Below are positions 40,175 through 49,453 of a stretch of 64,000 nucleotides of DNA, piece by piece. The stretch is from Fibrobacteria bacterium (GTDB lineage Bacteria > Fibrobacterota > Chitinivibrionia > Chitinivibrionales > FEN-1185), in contig JBBIGR010000005.1 of NCBI GenBank assembly GCA_037447435.1, positions 64,001 through 128,000 on the forward strand, written 5' to 3'. The notes below the pieces were generated by a model that saw only the letters and a program-made list of their open reading frames with translations, did not search any database and had not been told where the DNA came from. A program made the translations under genes and the position numbers. Each line of letters begins with the position of its first letter. Positions within the stretch are counted from its first letter, which is position 1.

Positions 40175-41464
40175 ATGCAAACTCCATCCGGTCCCAAAGG
40201 AACAAGAGATTTTTATCCTGAAGATATGGCATTACGTGAAGCTGTATTTGCATCGTGGCAAAAAACATGTATGCGCTATGGGTTTGAACAGTATGACGGT
40301 CCAATGTTCGAGCATCTCGAATTATACACACAAAAATCCGGTGACGAAATCGAAAAACAATTGTATTCATTTCAGGACAAAGGCCAACGCATGCTTGCGT
40401 TGAGGCCGGAACTTACCCCTACCCTCGCACGCATGGTTGCAGCAAAAGGAACAAATTTAAAACGTCCCATTCGATGGTATAGTATTCCCCGGCTTTTTCG
40501 ATACGAAAAAATGCAAAAAGGTCGGCTTAGGGAATTTTTCCAATTAAACCTGGATATTCTTGGCATCGCGGAAGAATCTGCGGATGCGGAACTAATTGCC
40601 GCCAGCATAGGAATGATGCAAGACCTTGGGTTCACTAAAAATGATTTTTGCGTACATATTTCCAGCAGAACTTTACTGGAAGAATTGTTCCTGGCCGCAG
40701 GGGTAAGCATTGAAAAATTAAAACCTCTCTTTGGCGTACTGGATAAAAGACATAAAATCCCTGTTGATATTTTTGAAGCAGAACTAACCGCAATTGCAGC
40801 TCCAACGGCGAGTGCAAAATCGATATGCGATATGCTAAATGTCTCGTCATTGTCCGATCTGAAAAAAATCAGCGGACAACTGCCATCGATTAACAAACTT
40901 GAATCGCTTTTCATTCTTCTCGATTTTTATGGCGTTTCCGATTTTGTCGCTTTTGACATTGGAATTGTCAGGGGGTTAGCATATTATACCGGCATAGTAT
41001 TTGAATTGTTTGATAAAAACAGAAATCTCAGGGCAATCGCCGGAGGTGGAAGATATGACAAACTGGTCAAGTTATACGGTGGGCCGGATACCCCGGCAGT
41101 CGGTTTTGCCGCCGGCGATGTGGTGCTTGGTGAAATGCTCAAGGAAAAACAGTTTTCAATATCACTATCCCGGTCTCACGTATTCGTTGTAACCTTTGAC
41201 GGATCATCACCCTCTTTGGCGATTCAAATGACCCAAAAGCTTCGAAATGCCGGTATTGGATGCGAGTTCAGCCTTAAAAATTGCAATATAGGGAAACAAA
41301 TGGAACAAGCCAACAATGCCCGAGCAAAAATTGTTGTTTTTGTTGGAGGCGACGAATCAAAATCGGGGAATGTAAAAATCCGTTTTATGGAAAACGGGAA
41401 TGAAACGGTAATTTCGGAAACCGAATCACTGGAATATATTAAAAAAGCTTTGCCACCTTTATAA
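40175..41464 (+). CDS. hisS: Histidine--tRNA ligase
   Basis: KGTRDF, LRPELT, FRYE...GRLREF.Q, VRGLAYYTG, GGGRYD. Confidence 0.98.
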   Translation: MQTPSGPKGTRDFYPEDMALREAVFASWQKTCMRYGFEQYDGPMFEHLELYTQKSGDEIEKQLYSFQDKGQRMLALRPELTPTLARMVAAKGTNLKRPIRWYSIPRLFRYEKMQKGRLREFFQLNLDILGIAEESADAELIAASIGMMQDLGFTKNDFCVHISSRTLLEELFLAAGVSIEKLKPLFGVLDKRHKIPVDIFEAELTAIAAPTASAKSICDMLNVSSLSDLKKISGQLPSINKLESLFILLDFYGVSDFVAFDIGIVRGLAYYTGIVFELFDKNRNLRAIAGGGRYDKLVKLYGGPDTPAVGFAAGDVVLGEMLKEKQFSISLSRSHVFVVTFDGSSPSLAIQMTQKLRNAGIGCEFSLKNCNIGKQMEQANNARAKIVVFVGGDESKSGNVKIRFMENGNETVISETESLEYIKKALPPL

Positions 41465-41878
41465 TCATACCGGGCTATTTTGCCGCATAGACTTAAAGGA
41501 GCTTTGCGTAACATACGAATAAGTAGCTCGAGAGTTATTATATATTTTTGAAAGTTGACCTTTTATTTCTGCCATGCGCCCTTCGATAAGAAATGCGATT
41601 TTTTTATCCAGTTCATTGACCGATCGGAGCAATGCCCAGGATTCCTCGAACAACGGTTTTCCTTTTACATCTTTGTCGACTTGATTGACCCAATGAGAAT
41701 CCTTTTGCGTCAATTGACTTTCACTGTGTTTCATGTTCGCCACAAGGACATCGCGTTTTTTAAAAACAGCTGCAATATCTTCGAAAGACGGATTTTCACC
41801 AAGCGACTTAGTCAGGGATTCTATTTTCGACAATTCTTTTTTCGCAGCAGATAAATGTTTGCTAATGTCCATGATCAA
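41465..41878 (-). CDS. Putative flagellar chaperone (FliT/FlgN-like helical protein)
   Basis: All-helical 137 aa, third gene after fliD-fliS; call rests mainly on position. Confidence 0.5.
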   Translation of the reverse strand: MIMDISKHLSAAKKELSKIESLTKSLGENPSFEDIAAVFKKRDVLVANMKHSESQLTQKDSHWVNQVDKDVKGKPLFEESWALLRSVNELDKKIAFLIEGRMAEIKGQLSKIYNNSRATYSYVTQSSFKSMRQNSPV

Positions 41879-41899
41879 CCCTTTCGTTGTGTCCTACCC

Positions 41900-42325
41900 T
41901 TAACAAGTAATGGCGAAATTTTGCATTGCAGCTTCGGTTTTTGGTGCGGATTCCTTGCGGACATTTGCAACTGCCTGCCCCCACGCATCCCGCAAATCCT
42001 CCAAATATCCCAAAATTTCCTGGATTATGTTTTTGTCGCTTTTAATATTCGCTTCAATGCATCGACGAACCATATAATCATATAATCTGTATAAATTTTT
42101 TGCAATATCACCGACATCAAGGTTCAATGAACTCATCAGTTCGCTAAGCGCATCCTGCACTTTGCACAAATGGCGCGTTCGCTCCTCTATTCTCTTCTTG
42201 TCATCGAAAATCGGAATACATAATTTGCAGTGTTTAATAGCAACATCATACGCTATTAAAATAAGTTTACCCTGATCGGCTGTACCAACATTGGTTGTCT
42301 TGTAAGCTGAATGCCCGGTATTCAT
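41900..42325 (-). CDS. fliS: Flagellar export chaperone FliS
   Basis: AY....V.TA...LI...YD, ELMSSLN, IAKNLYRLYDY, LRDAW. Confidence 0.95.
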   Translation of the reverse strand: MNTGHSAYKTTNVGTADQGKLILIAYDVAIKHCKLCIPIFDDKKRIEERTRHLCKVQDALSELMSSLNLDVGDIAKNLYRLYDYMVRRCIEANIKSDKNIIQEILGYLEDLRDAWGQAVANVRKESAPKTEAAMQNFAITC

Positions 42326-42349
42326 GTATGGTTCCTTTCTCTTTAGTGA

Positions 42350-44329
42350 TTACGACGATGACGAGCCAAGCGAACTCAGCATATTTGCGCTTTGGGTCTT
42401 CATAGCATTAAGCGTTTGTTCCATTTGAGAAAACTGGGTAGTTAAGCGCTGTTTATAGGCATCGACACTCCTTTGCATATCTGAAATTTTCGTGTCGGCA
42501 TCACTCATCATAGACCGCAAAGAATCCTGATGCGTTTGAATACTGCCGCTGGTTGAATCATTAATAGAATCTATCAATCCATTTAGTAAATCACCAAGCC
42601 CCTTTTGATAAGTAAATGATGCATCGCCGCCGCTTAATAATCCCGACGGAGAGGAAATGGAAAGGCCGTTGGCGGGACCGTCGGAAAAATGTACGACGTC
42701 ACCCATTCGTGCATCGGACGTATACCATGTCGAAGACCCCGATACTTGTATCTGCAGGAAATTTGCATCAAGTTCGTGTATCGTATATTTGCCGGATTTT
42801 GTTGTATCGGTGCTTCTGCCGTAGGCAAGGGTTTTATTATCGGAAACGCCGTTTGTCACAAAGATCTTCAGGAATTCGTCAAAATTATTTGTAACCGCTT
42901 TTGAAAATGCCGTGCTATCAATTGACATTGTACCTGTTTGGGCATCCGACGTAATTCCTAAATTGGAAAGGCTTGTCGTATTTCCGCCAAACAAGTTAAA
43001 TTGGGTGTGTAATGTATTTCGGACTTGATCCGCGATTGACGTGATCGTCATATCCGAAGCCAAATCTCCGGCCTTTGAGGACGAATTACTGGGATCTTTG
43101 GGTGCTGTTGCGTCGGTAACATATTTTAAAAAAGCATTATAGCTGTCGAGCATATCCTGAACTTTTTTCTGAATACTTGTTACATCACGCGACAATCCGA
43201 CGGTAGTTGAGGATGTTGTGGAAGCTTTTTTAAATTGAAAGGTGACGCCGGTAACCACATCGTCCGGGCTATTTGATGCGGAATTCATAAACAATCCATC
43301 GATATTGAAATATGAATTACTGCCTGCGGTCATAACACCTGCGCCATTAATACCCGATTGTGAAATAGTCACGGTTTGCGGAGCTGCGCCGGCATTTAAA
43401 GTGTTCAGCATTAATTGAGAAGCGCCGGTTACGTTGTCCTTTATAACAAGCTGCCCCGGTGTCGTTGTCGAATCAATTGAGACGTCGACCATATTATGGA
43501 AAGTTGATTTAACTTGTGCAAGGAAATCATCTATGGTAGACGTCGCTGAGGTTTTAACATACGTATTGGTCACCTGATTTCCATCGTGATCAATGCCGGA
43601 ATAATTAATTGTTGCTCCTGCAGCAAGCCCGTCAAAAGCGCTCTGAAAATTACCTTGTGTCGCAATAGTTTGATTTGTCGAACCTTTATCTCCAGCGGCA
43701 TCCGTGATTATTCCCATTGTCTGAAAAACATTTCCCGTCAGGTCCTTATACGCCACTCCTTTATCTCCCGTATCATTAGACGATAGAACCAGTCGGAAAT
43801 TAGAATCCGACAATTTTAAAACAGATGCCGTGACCCCAAGCTTATTGCCATTGGAATCAGTAGCATTATTAATTTTCATTCGGAGATCCTGAATCGTATC
43901 GGTGCCGGTAATGGAAATTGTGGTTCCGTTAATACTGATGTCGCCGGGTGTTACGCCAAAAGTAGACAATGCCGCGGTTTGACTCGTCACCAGGCTGTCT
44001 TTACTGATCATTTTTTCTGCTTTAGCAAGATGGTCAACCGTTAAATCATAGCTGCTTTCAATCGCATTCGCCCCACCCGTGATAGTGGCAATCGTATCGT
44101 CGGAACTGGTTGCATTAAACAAATCAAAGGAAGTTTCCTGATTTAATGTAGTTGCCTTGGCGGCGATATCGGATAATAACGACTTAACTTTTGAATAGTC
44201 GTCTATCTGGACTTGATAAGTAGCCTTGGTATTTTGTACTTTGGTTACCTTATTCTGTTCAAGAGCAACAAGCTGGTCTATAAGACTTGCGGTATCGATT
44301 CCAGATGGCCCATTAACCGTAATACCCAT
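42350..44329 (-). CDS. fliD: Flagellar filament cap protein FliD
   Basis: SGIDTASLIDQLVALE N-terminus, LVLSSNDTG, C-terminal RLTTQFSQMEQTL. Confidence 0.95.
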   Translation of the reverse strand: MGITVNGPSGIDTASLIDQLVALEQNKVTKVQNTKATYQVQIDDYSKVKSLLSDIAAKATTLNQETSFDLFNATSSDDTIATITGGANAIESSYDLTVDHLAKAEKMISKDSLVTSQTAALSTFGVTPGDISINGTTISITGTDTIQDLRMKINNATDSNGNKLGVTASVLKLSDSNFRLVLSSNDTGDKGVAYKDLTGNVFQTMGIITDAAGDKGSTNQTIATQGNFQSAFDGLAAGATINYSGIDHDGNQVTNTYVKTSATSTIDDFLAQVKSTFHNMVDVSIDSTTTPGQLVIKDNVTGASQLMLNTLNAGAAPQTVTISQSGINGAGVMTAGSNSYFNIDGLFMNSASNSPDDVVTGVTFQFKKASTTSSTTVGLSRDVTSIQKKVQDMLDSYNAFLKYVTDATAPKDPSNSSSKAGDLASDMTITSIADQVRNTLHTQFNLFGGNTTSLSNLGITSDAQTGTMSIDSTAFSKAVTNNFDEFLKIFVTNGVSDNKTLAYGRSTDTTKSGKYTIHELDANFLQIQVSGSSTWYTSDARMGDVVHFSDGPANGLSISSPSGLLSGGDASFTYQKGLGDLLNGLIDSINDSTSGSIQTHQDSLRSMMSDADTKISDMQRSVDAYKQRLTTQFSQMEQTLNAMKTQSANMLSSLGSSSS

Positions 44330-44377
44330 AAATTCGTCCTTTTAAAAAGAAACAAGTCTGTTTTGCTTTATTATTAT

Positions 44378-44405
44378 ATATCGGTATATTATTCATCAAA
44401 CTTGA
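44378..44405 (-). promoter_or_regulatory. sigma28 (FliA/SigD)-type promoter of fliD
   Basis: Minus strand TCAA-16 nt-ACCGATAT. Confidence 0.65.
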
Positions 44406-44557
44406 TTCATAATGCAAATTGCAACATTATATTATTCAATAGCTTATAGAACGCCGCTCATTTAATTATTTTCATTGCGGTGTTTTTTTCTTTTTCATGC
44501 GTTCCTTGAAAAATGCACAAACTTGATTTAAAAAAAGGGATCACATATCTTAAAACC

Positions 44558-45445
44558 ATGACAGACAGAAAACTCGGATACATCATACTTTGTTTCGTTT
44601 TTATTGTCGTTTGCGTTATTCTGGTGTTGGGATACGGGTCCATTTCTCAGAAGAACCATATCAGGACAATCGCATTTCAGCAAATTGGCAATCTGCGTAT
44701 AGATGATCAGGTCCGACTCAAAGGAATTTCAGTTGGAATCGTGAAAAACATATGTTTGTCAAAAGATAATGTTTTCGTCGATATTCAGACCACAGCGCAA
44801 CTTGATTTTCATCAAGGTTATAATGTCATGACAATGGACGCGGGAATTATGGGCGACCGGATGATCATGATCGACAACGGCCCGCAACAGTCACCCCTCA
44901 TCAATCCGACCGATACCTTGAAAGGCTTTTTTACACCGGGTGTTTCCGAAGCCGTCGGCTCAATGAGTTTACTTCGCGACGTCATTGATACACTTAAAGA
45001 AATCAGCGAACGGCTTTTGCATGGAAACATCAGAAGCAAATCACTTATATATCAAGTAAACACTTTGGTCCGCAGCATCGATTCTCTTTCAAAAAAATCG
45101 TCGAGTATCGCCATGGTATTAAACCGGGAAGTGACCTGCAGCGTAGACACTCTTGATAAAATAGTCGACCATACCGCAATGATTTCGAAATCGATCGCGG
45201 TCACCGCACCCGAGTATCTTGATATGGTTGAAGCTAAAATCACCCAAGCAAAGACATTGCTCACTTCTGCAGATTCCGTCATCGATCGTGTGTCGGTACT
45301 TACTGCCGGGCTACAAAAGGAAAACAACATCATATGGGGAAATGAACTATCAAATTTGCAATCCACCATTAATACTTTGCATACGACAATTGCAACGATT
45401 CATCGCGATATGTTACAGTTTAAAATTTTCCTCGGTTTGTGGTAA
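44558..45445 (+). CDS. MlaD/MCE family protein
   Basis: N-terminal TM, GNL...DQVRLKGISVG.V, GIMGDRMIMI..G, helical tail; TTGATT-17-TATCTT at 44523-44551. Confidence 0.85.
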   Translation: MTDRKLGYIILCFVFIVVCVILVLGYGSISQKNHIRTIAFQQIGNLRIDDQVRLKGISVGIVKNICLSKDNVFVDIQTTAQLDFHQGYNVMTMDAGIMGDRMIMIDNGPQQSPLINPTDTLKGFFTPGVSEAVGSMSLLRDVIDTLKEISERLLHGNIRSKSLIYQVNTLVRSIDSLSKKSSSIAMVLNREVTCSVDTLDKIVDHTAMISKSIAVTAPEYLDMVEAKITQAKTLLTSADSVIDRVSVLTAGLQKENNIIWGNELSNLQSTINTLHTTIATIHRDMLQFKIFLGLW

Positions 45446-46416
45446 TGGGTTCGTCCAAACCATTCAGTAGCATATTTTTTTTAATTTTGTCTGCCGTTAC
45501 GATTAATGGAACGCCAGCCTCTTTATTTTATTTGTATCAGAGAACAACCTATTTGGAAAACCTGTTGCAAAATGACGGGTGGTGGGCCAACCCTGCGTTG
45601 ACAGGAGAAATTACTGAAAAATCCGCTTCAACGGTTGATGTAACTCCTCTTGCCGACCAGTTTACCATTGTTTCCGCAAAATACAGTTTCCCTATAGGTA
45701 AATCCGTGGGAGCGGGATTCGGAATAATGGGAAATACGGGATTAAGTTCGCAAAATTCCCAGCGAGCAGATGTCACAAACGAAGGTCTCACCTTCAACAG
45801 CCATTACAGTTTTACAAATCCCGGGTTCCAATGTGCAGTAGGAATTAAAAATAATGTTTTAGGAAGTATAGGACTTTTGGTAAATATCGGTGCGGAAATG
45901 TTACCGGATGGAAATGGTACCGAGTCAAATTTCCTTCTCGCAGGAACGGGAATCGGGATTTTGACTCCTTATTTTTTTAAAACAGTCTCATTATCCGCTA
46001 CCACTTTTTCGACTTGGCATTTTTGGGGAGAATATGTTTACATGGATAATGATGGAAAACTGGGCTTGCGGTTTAAAATCCTCGATGATTTCATTTTAGG
46101 CTCTTTAGAACGGACGTTTTCTTACAAGTCAAATACGATGCGATCCTTTTACACGACGATTTCTCCCTACCAAGTTTTTAAAGGTTTGCTTTCATTTCGG
46201 TTTTACAAAATTGCAGGATTCCTGGTAGGATATGGAACCGATAATGGCGATGAATATTCGCCGCATCTGGGAAATACCTTGCATATCGGATTAGAACTTC
46301 GCCCATCTTCTTTTTATCCCTATTATGGAGGATATGAACTGGGTATCAGTACTACGGTTTCAAATACGGTCATTCACCGGGTTTGGGTCGGGTACAAATT
46401 TATTAATAAAAATTAG
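45445..46416 (+). CDS. Hypothetical outer-membrane beta-barrel protein (PorV/PorQ-like?)
   Basis: Signal peptide, WWANPAL motif, amphipathic strands, ends VWVGYKF..; TAATG coupling to the MCE gene. Confidence 0.5.
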   Translation: MGSSKPFSSIFFLILSAVTINGTPASLFYLYQRTTYLENLLQNDGWWANPALTGEITEKSASTVDVTPLADQFTIVSAKYSFPIGKSVGAGFGIMGNTGLSSQNSQRADVTNEGLTFNSHYSFTNPGFQCAVGIKNNVLGSIGLLVNIGAEMLPDGNGTESNFLLAGTGIGILTPYFFKTVSLSATTFSTWHFWGEYVYMDNDGKLGLRFKILDDFILGSLERTFSYKSNTMRSFYTTISPYQVFKGLLSFRFYKIAGFLVGYGTDNGDEYSPHLGNTLHIGLELRPSSFYPYYGGYELGISTTVSNTVIHRVWVGYKFINKN

Positions 46417-46424
46417 TAGCTTTA

Positions 46425-47162
46425 TTACGACAAATTATTTTGCGATTCCTGCGTATTTTGTTGTTGATCCATATTAATTCCCTGCTGTTTTGCACAATCA
46501 TCTAATTTTTTCAATGCAAGGTCATGAGTATTTCCCACAAGTTTTGTAACGGCGTCAGGTAAATCGCCGGTTATGTCCTTGGCCATTGAAAATCCTTTCT
46601 CAATAGCATCTTTCATCATTGATACAAAATCACCGCCGCTTCCTTGAAACATGCCGAAAAACGATGTCGCAAAATCAACTATTCTTTGCGAGGTATTGTC
46701 GGCATTCCAATAATCCGGCAATCCTTGAATATCACTATTTTCTGTACTTATTGCGGTGGTGTTTTCACCAGTCGAAATCCCTTTGTCCTTTAAAAATCCT
46801 TTCATTATTTCATTTTTCATATCCGAATATTGGTTTTTTAAGTAATCAACGAGTTTTTGCCAGTCCTCCTTCGATTTAATTCCGTTTGCCGAAATGCTTG
46901 TTTTTTGGTATTGTAAACTTGCAGTCGAAAGCGTAACGGAATCACCATCCTGGTTTTGAAACTGCATTGTCGATTGGGTACTTGAAATAAGTCGGGATTC
47001 TACAGAAAAATTTATAATCGAAGAATTTGTATTTGATTGTGGTAAAAATTGCTCGGATGATTTTGATGAATAGCCGTTTATTTGATTGCTGCTCGAATTC
47101 ATTGTTTGGGGAAATAACTGATTTGAATTAAGTATTGCGGCATTAATCGATTGAACACCCAT
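46425..47162 (-). CDS. DUF5610-like protein
   Basis: YWNADNTSQRIVDFA...AIEKGFSMA...G.LP pattern; AGGAGG RBS. Confidence 0.65.
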   Translation of the reverse strand: MGVQSINAAILNSNQLFPQTMNSSSNQINGYSSKSSEQFLPQSNTNSSIINFSVESRLISSTQSTMQFQNQDGDSVTLSTASLQYQKTSISANGIKSKEDWQKLVDYLKNQYSDMKNEIMKGFLKDKGISTGENTTAISTENSDIQGLPDYWNADNTSQRIVDFATSFFGMFQGSGGDFVSMMKDAIEKGFSMAKDITGDLPDAVTKLVGNTHDLALKKLDDCAKQQGINMDQQQNTQESQNNLS

Positions 47163-47203
47163 TATATCCTCCTTGAAAATTTTAGCTAAATCCTTATATG
47201 ATT

Positions 47204-47231
47204 TTTTCGGTAAACCAAACTAAAACCTTTA
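47204..47231 (-). promoter_or_regulatory. sigma28-type promoter
   Basis: Minus strand TAAA-16 nt-ACCGAAAA, same spacing as the fliD promoter. Confidence 0.6.
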
Positions 47232-47559
47232 GGTTTTTCTTTAAGTTTTAAATTAAGGACAAAAAGTATATCAAAACCCATTATTTTTTTCAGCCGACAC
47301 CGGCATACCCGCCGGAATTACGAGATATTGTCAAAAGGGCAATAAATCGGAGTGCATTTCGAGCACGCTTTATATGCCAAACATTATACAATGTCCAGAG
47401 CAGCAAGACTGATTCCTTTCATTTTTTTCGCCACGATCATTTACCATTTGTATATGATGTTTTTCCGGATCCGTATTACAGAAAGCGGCTCGGAACATAC
47501 ATATTTGTAAACATTTTCAGCCTTCCGTTACCGTCCATAAAAAAATCATAAAAAAACCT

Positions 47560-47587
47560 TTGACAACATTGCTTTTCAAATTATATT
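47560..47587 (+). promoter_or_regulatory. sigma70-type promoter of dnaA
   Basis: TTGACA-16 nt-TATATT. Confidence 0.6.
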
Positions 47588-47614
47588 CTTTAGGCAACAA
47601 AAATATTCTTTACA

Positions 47615-47827
47615 TGTGGATAACTTACTGTTGATAACTGGTTGAGAGAGTGTTGATAAGTAGTTGAAAACATATGCCCTATGATCGCTACTTTTTCCAA
47701 GCAAAACACACAACAGTCTGATTTATAACAAATTGGACAATTCAACCTTACAGTAATCCACACGAATTGAATTCCGACATCTCCACAAACATCATTGATG
47801 TATCGAAAAAAAGAGGAATGTTGATAA
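47615..47827. other. DnaA-box cluster (candidate oriC and/or dnaA autoregulatory region)
   Basis: TGTGGATAA 47615-47623 (perfect); TGTTGATAA at 47629, 47651, 47819; TAATCCACA at 47754; also TTTTCCACA at 49213 after dnaA. Confidence 0.75.
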
Positions 47828-47828
47828 C

Positions 47829-49211
47829 ATGTTAATGAACGAGCTATCTCCTATTTATACAACAGCTTCCCCTTGGCAATTATGCCTTTTAAAAATCCAA
47901 AAAAAAATTAGCCCCTCAACATTTGAAACATGGTTCCGGACCACGGATTTATCGTTGTCGAAAGAAGGACATGCATTTATTCAGGTTCCCAACCAATTCT
48001 TTGCCGATTTTATGGAACAGCATTTTTCGGAAATTATTAAGGAATCGCTTTCGGAAAATCAAATTCCATTTAAAAGCATGACTTTTATAGCAACGGAAAA
48101 AGATTGGAAAATAATTGAGCCTATATCCGAATCTATCGTTGAGGCAAAAACCCGGAAAATCCCCCAATCTGTTGATAAAAACGGCCTTTTTCACCCGAAT
48201 TATACATTCGACAATTTTGTAGTAGGTGAAAATAACCGTATGGCCCATGCTGCAGCACTTGCTGTTGCAGAGGCTCCCGGAAAAACCACATTTAATCCAT
48301 TGGTTATTTACGGAGGAACAGGACTGGGAAAAACACATTTATTGCAAGCAATAGGCCATTTTGCGCAAACTGAAGAGACTGCGGATCATGTTGTTTATAT
48401 GACAAGCGAAGAATTCACGGTCCAGTATATTAATTATGTTGTTGAGAAAAAGGACTCAACCTCCTTTTATAAAAAATTCAATAACGTCGATTTACTTCTT
48501 ATTGACGACATTCAATTTCTTGGCGGAAAACCAGGCACGCAAAAAGAATTTTTCAGGATATTTAATCGGCTTTTATCGGAAAAGAAACAAATTATTCTAT
48601 CCTCCGATCGTTCCCCAGATAAAATTCCGGATATGATGGAACATATAATAAACAGATTTATGGGTGGGCTTATCACGGATATCCAACCTCCAAATCTGGA
48701 AACAAGGATGGCAATTTTGCATCAAAAGGCTGAAATCGACGGTCTAAGCCTGCCGGACGAAGTCATTCAATACGTTGCCGGCCATATTACGTCTAATGTT
48801 AGGGAATTGGAAGGAACGCTGATCAAACTGATAGCGTCATCATCATTCACCGGAAAAGATATTTCACTTGAAGTTGCAAAAGAAATTTGCGGCGACGTAA
48901 TCTCTCGAAAAGACCAGCGCGTTTCAGTATTATTTATTCAGCAAAAAGTGGCGGAAGTATTTGAAATCAGTCCTAACCAACTGACTGCGCATACGCGCAA
49001 AAGGGATGTTTCGGTTCCGCGGTCCGTAGCCATGCATTTATGTAAAAAATGGACCAAACAATCCCTACGAACTATAGGTCTTGAATTTGGCGGCCGAGAT
49101 TATTCGACCGTTATTCATGCCTCAAAGAAAATTGAAGCCGACGTCATCACGGATCAAGATTTGCAAAAGAAAATAAGCCAGATCGAAGACCTTATCCGAC
49201 CCCTGGTATAA
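47829..49211 (+). CDS. dnaA: Chromosomal replication initiator DnaA
   Basis: YTFDNFVVG, NPLVIYGGTGLGKTHL, LLIDDIQF, NVRELEG, domain IV GGRDYSTVIHA. Confidence 0.97.
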   Translation: MLMNELSPIYTTASPWQLCLLKIQKKISPSTFETWFRTTDLSLSKEGHAFIQVPNQFFADFMEQHFSEIIKESLSENQIPFKSMTFIATEKDWKIIEPISESIVEAKTRKIPQSVDKNGLFHPNYTFDNFVVGENNRMAHAAALAVAEAPGKTTFNPLVIYGGTGLGKTHLLQAIGHFAQTEETADHVVYMTSEEFTVQYINYVVEKKDSTSFYKKFNNVDLLLIDDIQFLGGKPGTQKEFFRIFNRLLSEKKQIILSSDRSPDKIPDMMEHIINRFMGGLITDIQPPNLETRMAILHQKAEIDGLSLPDEVIQYVAGHITSNVRELEGTLIKLIASSSFTGKDISLEVAKEICGDVISRKDQRVSVLFIQQKVAEVFEISPNQLTAHTRKRDVSVPRSVAMHLCKKWTKQSLRTIGLEFGGRDYSTVIHASKKIEADVITDQDLQKKISQIEDLIRPLV

Positions 49212-49453
49212 TTTTTCCACACCTTCCCTTTCGGCCGTCCCGCTGTTTCATCTTTCGTTATTGGATCGGAGTACATGTCGCAATCGGATCGTGTAAGGTG
49301 TGACCATATCTTCTCTTCTTACCGGATATCGGCACCAATGTGCACTATGAGTTTTTTTTCTCTATAGCAGAGGCTATTAAAACGTCATGCTCCCATAACG
49401 GGGGTTTTAATTATTTTTAAAGTTTAATTTCACCATTATAGGACATCGCCACT

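Noticed and set aside
47232..47559. Possible small gene or ncRNA upstream of the dnaA promoter
   Set aside because: Only short ORFs found and no recognisable RNA structure by eye
49222..49453. Possible ncRNA or unwinding element downstream of dnaA
   Set aside because: One DnaA box but no clear DnaA-trio run or stable hairpin identified
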